Positions 9,279 through 16,977 of a stretch of 23,030 nt of DNA are shown piece after piece. The DNA lies in NCBI GenBank assembly GCA_046581755.1, contig JAYGFR010000227.1, forward strand, positions 1 to 23,030, in the 5' to 3' direction. The notes below the pieces were generated by a model. It was not told the origin of the DNA, made no database searches, and was given only the letters and a program-made list of their open reading frames with translations. Made by a program: the position numbers and the translations under genes. Numbering within the stretch: the stretch's first letter is position 1; the number at the start of each line of letters is the position of its first letter. Source of the stretch: Nitrospinota bacterium. Its GTDB lineage: Bacteria; UBA8248.

Positions 9279-11078
9279 CTACTTTTTCAGCCAGCCTCCC
9301 TTGAGCATCATCCGCGCGAGCGCATCGCCCACCAGGGCATGGCCCTTCGCGCTCATGTGCCCGTCCCGCGGGTGGAGGTAGAGCTTCCGGGGGGCGGGGT
9401 GGTTTTCGAACAGTTTCACTACGTCGAGAAACGGAAAACCTTGAGCGGCAGCGGCCCGGCGCAGCGCCCGGAACTCCCCTTGATGGGGGGGAGATTGAAT
9501 CGCCCCGCCCGGGGGCATGAAGAACAAGATGATGGGAACTCCGGTTTTGTCCCGAACCCGCCGCCAGGCGGAGAGTAATTTTTCCAGGCCGGCCACCTTT
9601 GCGGGATATTTGTCAAAATCCCTGTGGAGCGTTTTTCGCTCGGACTCGAAATCTGGGTATGGGTTCCGCCGGAGGTGCTCTCTGGAGGCTTTTCGGATTT
9701 TCCGGTAGTTGAACCCGAGGTGGTAAAGGCGCGGCTTCCAGGCCGAAGAGGCGCGCCGGGGCTTGACCTCTTCCTCCTCTTCGCGGAGCTGGACCGCTAT
9801 TCGGGATTTGAAAAATTTCTCCAATTTCTCAAAATACACATCGTCCACAAAAAATTCCGCGATCGCCAAATCCGGCTTGAACCGGAGGCCGCGCTTCTTC
9901 AGATATTCGAGCATCTGGACGCTGTGCCAGGCCGGAACGCCGGCGTTAATGACCTCGACGCGCCAGCCTTTTTCGCGAAGCTTTTTTTCGAGAACGCGCA
10001 GGTAGGTGTCCCCTTCCTCGACCCCCCAACCGAACGCGAACGAGTCGCCCAGGCCCAGAATGCGGAACACGCCCTTGGGCTTCTCCAGCGTATGATCCGG
10101 CCCCCGATGGCCGAAATCGTTGATGCGGATGTGGTAGCCAATATCCACGTGCCATCCCCGAACGTTCGGGCGGTTCGTCCAGCCGAACTCGGGGGAATAT
10201 TTTGCATAGCTCTTCACGCGGGGACGGGCGATGGGCGGGTCCCACAGGACCAGGGCTGCCTCGGCGATCACCAGGGCCGCGACGGTGGCAGCGGCGGCGA
10301 TGGCCAGCCGCCCCGCGATCAGGCCCCTCCCCACCCGCTTCGGCGGAAAGGCGGCGGCCGCCGAAACGGCGGCGAACAGCACGCCACCCAAGGCCGGATG
10401 CACATGAATGGCGTAGCCCGACCCCAGATGGAACAGGACGCCGATCAGTCCGAGGCATCCGGCCGGAAGGTAGATTCCAGCAATGATGTCCGGCAGGCTC
10501 TCCCTCTTTCGCCTCCTCCATACGCCGGCGGCCCCCACAGCGATCAGCAGGGCCGCGAGGATCAGCCACCACGCCGCGCCGGGCGGCGTCCTGGCTCCGC
10601 CCGCCGGCTTGATGAGAAAAACCGATCCGATTCGAAACAGATAGTTCCGGACATCGACCCGCCGGACATAGAGGCGGCCGCTCCCGGTCAAATCGAAGGA
10701 GAACTCCAGATTTTTTCCCTTGGGTCCAAAGGACGCGGAAAAAACCGCGCGGCGCCACTTTCCGCCGGGCTCCAGAGGAGCGGCCCGCTTCCCGGAAAGC
10801 CGAACCGCGCCAGGTCCACTTCCCTCGAGAAGATAAAAGAGGCGGACCCGGTAGACATCCGCGGCCGGTCTCCGGATCAGGAGCTTCGGGCGGGCCGAAC
10901 GGCTTTCGATGACCTCGCGCCTCCCGTGGCGCAGGGCGGGAGGGCTCCAGCCCGCCGGTGCGGCGGCAACCGATACCGGAATCCGCTTGCGGAGCGGCCC
11001 GGGGTCCGAATCGGCTCCGAGCTGAAGCGCCCATCCGGCCAAAAAGACGGACAATATGCCGATCGTCCAGTTCCGCAT
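9279..11078 (-). CDS. Membrane-anchored SGNH/GDSL-fold protein, putative transferase or hydrolase
   Basis: Start moved to ATG 11078 (GAGAGGG RBS). N-terminal hydrophobic helix, a soluble domain, about 4 TM segments, then GLGDSFAFG (block I), INAGV (block II) and DGH (block V). Confidence 0.8.
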   Translation of the reverse strand: MRNWTIGILSVFLAGWALQLGADSDPGPLRKRIPVSVAAAPAGWSPPALRHGRREVIESRSARPKLLIRRPAADVYRVRLFYLLEGSGPGAVRLSGKRAAPLEPGGKWRRAVFSASFGPKGKNLEFSFDLTGSGRLYVRRVDVRNYLFRIGSVFLIKPAGGARTPPGAAWWLILAALLIAVGAAGVWRRRKRESLPDIIAGIYLPAGCLGLIGVLFHLGSGYAIHVHPALGGVLFAAVSAAAAFPPKRVGRGLIAGRLAIAAAATVAALVIAEAALVLWDPPIARPRVKSYAKYSPEFGWTNRPNVRGWHVDIGYHIRINDFGHRGPDHTLEKPKGVFRILGLGDSFAFGWGVEEGDTYLRVLEKKLREKGWRVEVINAGVPAWHSVQMLEYLKKRGLRFKPDLAIAEFFVDDVYFEKLEKFFKSRIAVQLREEEEEVKPRRASSAWKPRLYHLGFNYRKIRKASREHLRRNPYPDFESERKTLHRDFDKYPAKVAGLEKLLSAWRRVRDKTGVPIILFFMPPGGAIQSPPHQGEFRALRRAAAAQGFPFLDVVKLFENHPAPRKLYLHPRDGHMSAKGHALVGDALARMMLKGGWLKK

Positions 11079-11202
11079 CGAAACCCTCTCTCGATCCATG
11101 AAGCCTACCGGTTTACGAGGAGCGGAGAATTCGAAAATATGATCCGCCGCCGCGCGGAATGCATAAAACGCGGCGCCACTTTCCGCCGGGCTCCAGAGGA
11201 GC
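10748..11202. repeat. Perfect 34-bp direct repeat; copies at 10748-10781 and 11169-11202
   Basis: CGCGGCGCCACTTTCCGCCGGGCTCCAGAGGAGC occurs twice, 421 bp apart: once inside the SGNH CDS and once in the gap between the carbamoyltransferase and SGNH genes. Confidence 0.95.
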
Positions 11203-11221
11203 AATCCCGGCGGGGGCGGGT

Positions 11222-12997
11222 TTATTTCGTGAGGAGGAAGTTGCCCACCACGAGGGCGTCCATTTCCGAGGCCATGAAGGTGCGGTAGGCGTCGGAGGGC
11301 GTGTTCACGATGGGCTCCCCGCGCAGGTTGAACGAGGTGTTCAGCACGACCGGCACGCCCGAGGCCTCCCCGAAGGTCTCGATCAGGCGGTGGTAGAGGG
11401 GGCTTTCCTCGCGGACCACCACCTGAAGGCGGCCCGAGCCGTCCACGTGGGTGATTGCCGGAAGGACGGATCTTTTCTCCTCCCTCACCGGAACGACCAG
11501 CAGCATGAACCGCGCGGGGTAGTGGCGCTCGGGATCAATGAGCTCGAAATACGCGCCCGTGCGAGCGGCCGGAACCGAGGGGGCGAAGGGGCGAAACGGC
11601 TCGCGGAACTTGATCTTGGTGTTGACGATCTCCTTCATCTCCTCGCTCGTGGGATTCGCCAGGATCGAGCGGTGGCCCAGCGCGCGGGGGCCCCACTCGA
11701 AGCGGCCCTGATGCCAGCCGATGACGTCCCCGGCCATGAGGCGCTCGGCGACGCGGCCCAGGAGAAGATCCTCCCCCTCGATTTCTTCCCACTCGGCGCC
11801 CATCTCGCGAAGCTGGTCGGCCGCCTCGGCAGCACTGTATTCCTCTCCCCAGTAGGCGTGGCCCATCACGGGCGAGCGCTTGCCCTTGAGCAGGGCGTTG
11901 TGCACATAGAGCGCCGCCCCCAGTGCGCCGCCCCCGTCTCCCGCCGCCGGCTGGATATAGATCTCCCTAAAACCCGATTCCTTGAGGATGCGCCCGTTCG
12001 CCACCGAGTTGAGCGCGACGCCCCCCGCCATGCACAAACAATCCAGGCCCGTCGAGCGGTGCAGTTCGCGGGCCATGTCTAGCACCAGCTCTTCGGTCAC
12101 CCGCTGGATGCTCGCCGCCACGTCGGCGTAGTGCTCGTTCCGGCGGCAGGCGGCTTCGTAGTTGGCAGGCTTGGGGCCGTAGTAGGAGGGATAGCCCGAG
12201 CTGCGGGTGAAGAATTTGCTCTCCGGCTCGCGCGCGGGGCCGAGGAGCTCGATGAACTTTTCGCTGTAACTCGTCGTCGTCGAGCGGTGGAAGGCGAAGT
12301 AGTCCATCTCCAGCGAAAAGCCGCCCCCTCCCTCGCGCCGGACCGTCTTCCATACCCGGTCGATGTATTTGGGCTCGCCGTAGGGGGCCATGCCCATGAC
12401 CTTGTATTCGCCCTCGTTGACCTCGAAGCCCAGGTAGGCCGTGAAGGCGCTGTAGAGCAGGCCCACCGAATGCGGGAAGCGCTGTTCGCGATCGAGGGTG
12501 ATCTCCTGCCCCTTTGCCTGGCCCATGGCCGTCGTCGCCCACTCGCCCACCCCGTCCACGGTGAGGATGGCGGCCTCATCGAAGGGGGAGCAGAAGTAGG
12601 CGCTCGCGGCGTGGGACATGTGGTGCTCGGTGAAGAGGATCCGATCGAGCGCCACCCCCAGGCGCTTGTGGATGATGGTCTTCACCCAGAGCTTGTCCCC
12701 GATCCAGTTGATCATGGCGTCCTGAAATACTTTCAGGGAGCCCGGGAAGGTCTGGAGAACGGTGTTGAGGATGCGGTCGAATTTCTGGAAGGGTTTTTCG
12801 TAGAAGACAACGTAGTCTAGCTCTTCGGGCGCGATACCCGCCTTGGCCAGGCAGAATTCGATCGCCAGATCCGGGAAGCCAAAATCGTGCTTCACCCGGC
12901 TGAACCGCTCCTCCTCGGCGGCGGCCACGATCTCGCCCTCGCGCAAGAGCACCGCCGCCGAGTCGTGGTAATAACAGCTAATCCCCAATATGTGCAA
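11222..12997 (-). CDS. O-carbamoyltransferase, NodU/CmcH/SxtI family
   Basis: 591 aa, TTG start with AGAGGA RBS. ILGIS.YYHDSAA, EEERFSR.KH, EHHMSHA, DGVGE, EYKVMG, GGVALN, GPRALGHRSILA, KFREPFRPFAP, LNTSFN motifs. Confidence 0.93.
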   Translation of the reverse strand: MHILGISCYYHDSAAVLLREGEIVAAAEEERFSRVKHDFGFPDLAIEFCLAKAGIAPEELDYVVFYEKPFQKFDRILNTVLQTFPGSLKVFQDAMINWIGDKLWVKTIIHKRLGVALDRILFTEHHMSHAASAYFCSPFDEAAILTVDGVGEWATTAMGQAKGQEITLDREQRFPHSVGLLYSAFTAYLGFEVNEGEYKVMGMAPYGEPKYIDRVWKTVRREGGGGFSLEMDYFAFHRSTTTSYSEKFIELLGPAREPESKFFTRSSGYPSYYGPKPANYEAACRRNEHYADVAASIQRVTEELVLDMARELHRSTGLDCLCMAGGVALNSVANGRILKESGFREIYIQPAAGDGGGALGAALYVHNALLKGKRSPVMGHAYWGEEYSAAEAADQLREMGAEWEEIEGEDLLLGRVAERLMAGDVIGWHQGRFEWGPRALGHRSILANPTSEEMKEIVNTKIKFREPFRPFAPSVPAARTGAYFELIDPERHYPARFMLLVVPVREEKRSVLPAITHVDGSGRLQVVVREESPLYHRLIETFGEASGVPVVLNTSFNLRGEPIVNTPSDAYRTFMASEMDALVVGNFLLTK

Positions 12998-13005
12998 TGG
13001 TTCCT

Positions 13006-13224
13006 CTACCCCTGGCGGGAGGCTTCCTCAAGGCTGGCCTCGCTCCCCTCGCGCTCGATGAACGGGGCGTTCCCCTTGAGGCGAAGAGTATCCTTGACCA
13101 GGCGGTACGGAACCGCCACCAGCGGCAACATCGCATAATAGAGGATCAGGCAGAGCACTTTCGAGTTGAAGCGCGCGATCTTCTTCGCGACCCGCTTCCA
13201 TCCCTCCCACAAGCGCTTGCGCAT
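13006..13224 (-). CDS. Small SxtJ-like membrane protein (72 aa)
   Basis: MRKRLWEGWKRVAKKIARFNSKVLCLILYYAMLPLVAVPYRL..D.L: basic amphipathic helix plus one hydrophobic segment, resembling the C-terminal half of SxtJ-family proteins. Lies directly upstream of the carbamoyltransferase. Confidence 0.65.
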   Translation of the reverse strand: MRKRLWEGWKRVAKKIARFNSKVLCLILYYAMLPLVAVPYRLVKDTLRLKGNAPFIEREGSEASLEEASRQG

Positions 13225-13233
13225 TCCCAATCC

Positions 13234-13398
13234 CTAAAAGAGGGTGTAGACGAAAGGAGCCAGCGCGCTCGTTTGCGCGAGGAACATCAGCCCCGAGAAC
13301 AAGAGCAACACGGCCACGATCGGCGCCATCCACCAGATCTTGTTCGCCCACATGAAGCCGAACAACTCTTTCAGCGTCCCCGCTATCGCCCGAATCAT
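13234..13398 (-). CDS. DUF5989 / SxtK-like 54-aa membrane micropeptide (absent from the ORF track)
   Basis: Manual translation: MIRAIAGTLKELFGFMWANKIWWMAPIVAVLLLFSGLMFLAQTSALAPFVYTLF*. KxWW..P, a TM helix and APFVYTLF terminus are typical of the family. ATG overlaps the upstream epimerase stop (ATGA). Confidence 0.85.
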   Translation of the reverse strand: MIRAIAGTLKELFGFMWANKIWWMAPIVAVLLLFSGLMFLAQTSALAPFVYTLF

Positions 13399-14354
13399 CC
13401 CTTTATCCCATCACCGGCGTTTCGATACCATTCGACCGTGCGCCGAAGCCCTTCCTCGAACGATACCAACACACGATAACCCATCAACTCCCGCGCCTTC
13501 GATACATCGGCCCGGGAGTGCATAACGTCTCCCTTGCGGGGCGGCGCGTAGGTGGCCTCGGCTCCCTCCGCGCCCGTTATCACCCGTAATTTCGAGAACA
13601 GCGAGTTGACCGAGTGGTTCTTTCCCGCGGCGAGGTTAAAAATCTCGCCGCCGATTCCCTCCGAAGTCATGGCAAGAATATTCCCCGACACCACGTTTTC
13701 GATGTAGGTGAAATCCCGCGTCTGCTTCCCGTCTCCGAATATGATAGGCGATTTCCCTCCCAATAGCTCGCGCGTAAAAATCGGAACCACCGCCGCATAC
13801 TGGGAGTCCGGATCCTGGCGCGGGCCGAACACGTTGAAATAGCGGAGGCCGACCGTCTCCATCCCGTGAAGGGTATGATACAGGATCGCATATTTTTCCG
13901 CAGCCAGCTTCGAAACCGCATAGGGAGAAAGCGGCCGGGGCACCACATCCTCGCGCCGGACATCACCCTCCGCGTCCCCGTACACCGACGATGACGATGC
14001 GTAGACGAACCGCGAGACCCCCGCCCTGTGCGCCGCCTCGAGAAGCGCAAGCGTCCCGCCCACGTTCACCCGGTCGGTCAGCACCGGGTTCGCTATCGAG
14101 TGGGGAACCGAGGGAATGGCCGCCTGATGGAGGATAAATCCCACATCCCGGACGGCGCGTTCGCAAACCGCCTCTGATACAATCCCGTCCGGATCGTCGA
14201 TGACCTCAATATCATCCCAAACGCCGTCCAAATTCTCGCACCGGTCGGAGAAGAAGTTATCCACCAGCCGGACGGCGTAGCCCTTTGCGAGCAGGGCCCG
14301 AACCAGGTGGGAGCCGATAAAGCCCCCGCCCCCCGTCACCAATACACGTTCCAT
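13395..14354 (-). CDS. NAD-dependent epimerase, WbpP/TviC-like UDP-HexNAc(A) 4-epimerase type
   Basis: VTGGGGFIG, ASSSSVYG, YAVSK, RYFNVFGPRQDPDSQYAAVVP extended-SDR motifs. Confidence 0.88.
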   Translation of the reverse strand: MERVLVTGGGGFIGSHLVRALLAKGYAVRLVDNFFSDRCENLDGVWDDIEVIDDPDGIVSEAVCERAVRDVGFILHQAAIPSVPHSIANPVLTDRVNVGGTLALLEAAHRAGVSRFVYASSSSVYGDAEGDVRREDVVPRPLSPYAVSKLAAEKYAILYHTLHGMETVGLRYFNVFGPRQDPDSQYAAVVPIFTRELLGGKSPIIFGDGKQTRDFTYIENVVSGNILAMTSEGIGGEIFNLAAGKNHSVNSLFSKLRVITGAEGAEATYAPPRKGDVMHSRADVSKARELMGYRVLVSFEEGLRRTVEWYRNAGDGIKG

Positions 14355-14408
14355 CCGGAACCATCTCCAATTTTTTTTCCTCCCGCCGTTCCGCCACCGC
14401 GCAGGAGG

Positions 14409-15383
14409 TTATTGGCCAGATAAATTCTCCCTGAAATAACCTATCACGGAATTCAGGATCTCCTCCAGCCCGGCGGTGGGCTTGTAACCGATCAGATTGG
14501 CGATTTTCGTTAAATCCGGAACGCGCCGCTCCATATCTTCATATCCATCGCCGTAGGCTTCTTGATAGGAAATATGAAAAACCTCAGAGGACGAGCCCGA
14601 CATCTCCTTCACCCGGAGGGCCAACTCGCCGATGGTGGTTTCCTCGTTGTTGCCGATATTAAATATGTCGCCGATCGCGCCGGGATGAGCCATCAGGGCA
14701 ATCAGCCCCCCCACGACATCGGTCACATGGGCAAAGCAGCGCGACTGCATACCGGATCCAAATACGCGAATCGGCTCCCCCTCGAGAGCCGCCCGGACAA
14801 AATTGGGAATCACCATTCCGTAGCGCCCCGTCTGGCGGGGGCCCACGGTGTTGAAAAGGCGCGCGATCACGATCGGCAAACCGTAATCGTTGTGATAGGC
14901 CAGGGCGAGGAATTCATCCAAGGTTTTGGTATTGGCGTATGCCCAACGCTGTTTCTTCGTGGAACCGAGGATGCGATCGTCATCCTCGCCAAGGGGGCCG
15001 TCCTTGTTTTTTCCGTACACCTCGGAAGTGGATGCCAATAAAATTTTCTTGGAATGCTTGCGGCACAACTCCAGGATCACCTCGGTGCCCCGGACATTCG
15101 TCATGATGGTTTCGACCGGCTTGTCCATGACCAGGCGAACGCCCACCGCAGCGGCCAGATGATACACCTCATCGCATCTTTCGATCAGGGGCTCGATCGC
15201 GCCTAAATCGAGAACGCTTCCTTCTTTGACGAGAAGCCGGGGATTCGGCTGGATATGCGCCAGATTTTTCAGGCGGCCCGTGGACAGATCGTCGAAAACG
15301 AATACCTCATGCTCCAACTCGAGAAGCCGGGTAGCGAGATGCGAGCCGATAAATCCAGCTCCGCCGGTGATAAGAATTTTCAT
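14409..15383 (-). CDS. NAD-dependent NDP-sugar epimerase/dehydratase/decarboxylase (UXS/ArnA-C-like)
   Basis: Start set at MKILITGGAGFIG (15383); ASTSEVYG, RWAYANTK (YxxxK), RLFNTVGPRQ, D.ERRVPD motifs. Confidence 0.85.
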   Translation of the reverse strand: MKILITGGAGFIGSHLATRLLELEHEVFVFDDLSTGRLKNLAHIQPNPRLLVKEGSVLDLGAIEPLIERCDEVYHLAAAVGVRLVMDKPVETIMTNVRGTEVILELCRKHSKKILLASTSEVYGKNKDGPLGEDDDRILGSTKKQRWAYANTKTLDEFLALAYHNDYGLPIVIARLFNTVGPRQTGRYGMVIPNFVRAALEGEPIRVFGSGMQSRCFAHVTDVVGGLIALMAHPGAIGDIFNIGNNEETTIGELALRVKEMSGSSSEVFHISYQEAYGDGYEDMERRVPDLTKIANLIGYKPTAGLEEILNSVIGYFRENLSGQ

Positions 15384-15664
15384 GGGTTTCCATTCATTTT
15401 CGTTTTGGCCCCGGATCCCGAATCTCAAGCAAGCCCGGAGAGTCTTCCTCCGGCGGCTCTTCGAGGATACACATAGAAAAGGAATTTCTACGTAATTCCA
15501 CGCTACTGGGACGGTTCTTCGAGCGTCGGGGCAGGCAGATACAATTCATTGTGATTTACACGATGTACAGCCCCGAATCAAGACAGGAACAGGGTGAATG
15601 CCGAAAAATCCCTGATTTCGTGATTTTTTTGGAAAAATGCGAGGAGGGCTCCCCCCCCCGATCC

Positions 15665-16519
15665 CTAGGAGAGTCCCAGGTAGGAGTGGGTTTCGCCGAC
15701 CTCGGCCTTAAGTTCGGAGATGACCGCCTCGATCTCCTCGTGGGAGAGTTCCACCGGATGGTGGCCCTCCTCCTCGAGCGTAGCCAGATGACCCGGATCC
15801 GGCGTCCCCATCGCTATCACGTGCGCCAGGGCGGCCGCCGCGCACACCACGCGGATCAGCTCCCGGTGCGCCACGTCGAAATCCGGATAGTGGTGAAACG
15901 CGATCGCCGCCGTCAGGTTCTCGGGAAAATTCCACTTCCGGGCCAAAAAAAACCCGATCGTGCAGTGGTCGAACCCGTACAGGCTCACCTCTTTCGTATG
16001 GTAGGCGGGCGACATCTCGCCCGCCGCGCTCCAGAATATCTCCTGCTCCGGCTCTTCGATCAGGCGGTCGATCACCAGCTTCCCCACGTCGTGGAGAAGG
16101 CCCACTGCAAACGCAGCCTCGCGAAGACCCGGGTCCAGACGATTCGCCAGGAGGCGTGCCGCGAACGCCGCCGTCACCGAGTGGAGCCAGAACTGGTCCG
16201 CCGGTATCCCGTAGCCCTGGATCTGGCTCCGCAAAAGGCCCGAGGAGGCGCACATGAGTGCGATGTCGCGTATCTTCCGGTCCCCCAGAAGCCCCACCGC
16301 CACCTCCAGGCTCGATATCGTCTGGCGCATCCCGTAGTAGGCCGAGTTGATCAGCTGGAGCACCTTGGCCGCGATCGCCTGATCCACCGACACGCAACGG
16401 ATCAACTCCTCTCGACGGCCCCCGCTCTCCCCTGTCAGATCCATGATCTTGTTGAACACGTTCGACACCGGAGGAAGGGAGTCCACCTCCGACAGCGCGC
16501 GCTCAAAATAGGTCCTCAC
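15665..16519 (-). CDS. Standalone HDOD-domain signalling protein
   Basis: SLPP, DQAIAAKVLQLINSAYYG, FWLHS, AFAVGLLHDVGKL, GFDHCTIG...WNFP...AIAFHH motifs; GTG start is uncertain. Confidence 0.88.
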   Translation of the reverse strand: MRTYFERALSEVDSLPPVSNVFNKIMDLTGESGGRREELIRCVSVDQAIAAKVLQLINSAYYGMRQTISSLEVAVGLLGDRKIRDIALMCASSGLLRSQIQGYGIPADQFWLHSVTAAFAARLLANRLDPGLREAAFAVGLLHDVGKLVIDRLIEEPEQEIFWSAAGEMSPAYHTKEVSLYGFDHCTIGFFLARKWNFPENLTAAIAFHHYPDFDVAHRELIRVVCAAAALAHVIAMGTPDPGHLATLEEEGHHPVELSHEEIEAVISELKAEVGETHSYLGLS

Positions 16520-16546
16520 TTGGGCCGCTAAACCACACCTCCGACA

Positions 16547-16574
16547 ATATTGGCGAGGGGAGAATTCGTCTATA
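16547..16574 (-). promoter_or_regulatory. Candidate sigma28 (FliA/SigD)-type promoter of the HDOD gene
   Basis: Minus strand TATA-N16-GCCAATAT versus consensus TAAA-N15/16-GCCGATAW, just upstream of the GGAGG RBS. Confidence 0.35.
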
Positions 16575-16878
16575 AATCCTATTAGGAATTTCGATTATTA
16601 TAATGAAAACTCCAGGCTCATGCATTCGGTTCCATCAATTTATTACAAAAATATTATTAATACAAATAGTTATTTTTTCAGATAAAGGAATGGATTTGCC
16701 CACGCCAGCCTGGCCGAAGAAAAACGATAACTACTTTCCGAAATTCGAGCGGTGAATGATCGGAGCGAAAAACAAGCCCATAGAGGCCCTCTGCAAAGCG
16801 GCCGGCGTCTCCGGGTCCTCCCCGCGCGATCGATTCAGGCGGGGGCAACGGGAGCGCACTCACGCCCCTCCCGCCTCG

Positions 16879-16908
16879 TTGACAGCGGATTGCCCCTCGC
16901 CCTAGTCT
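16879..16908 (+). promoter_or_regulatory. Candidate sigma70 promoter of the ThDP enzyme gene
   Basis: TTGACA (16879-16884), 18 nt, TAGTCT (16903-16908), about 70 nt before the ATG. Confidence 0.3.
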
Positions 16909-16977
16909 CGCATCTGGACGAAATTCCAAAAAAATCATGCCCACAGCGCCGAACCATCATTCATACGGGAGAATCCG

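Noticed and set aside
10748..11202. DGR template/variable repeat or CRISPR repeat pair
   Set aside because: Only two identical 34-bp copies, 421 bp apart, with no adenine-specific mismatches, no reverse transcriptase, no spacer periodicity and no cas genes.
11079..11204. N-terminal extension of the SGNH ORF to 11204
   Set aside because: ATG 11078 has a better RBS and begins a signal-like helix; the extension reads the repeat copy in a different frame.
9279..13398. Saxitoxin gene cluster (sxtI/J/K/L-like genes)
   Set aside because: No sxtA, sxtG, sxtB or other core genes are present; this module is widespread and here sits with NDP-sugar enzymes.
15651..15659. C9 homopolymer as a phase-variation tract
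   Set aside because: Intergenic, just past the HDOD stop, not within an identified promoter or CDS; no evidence of length variation.
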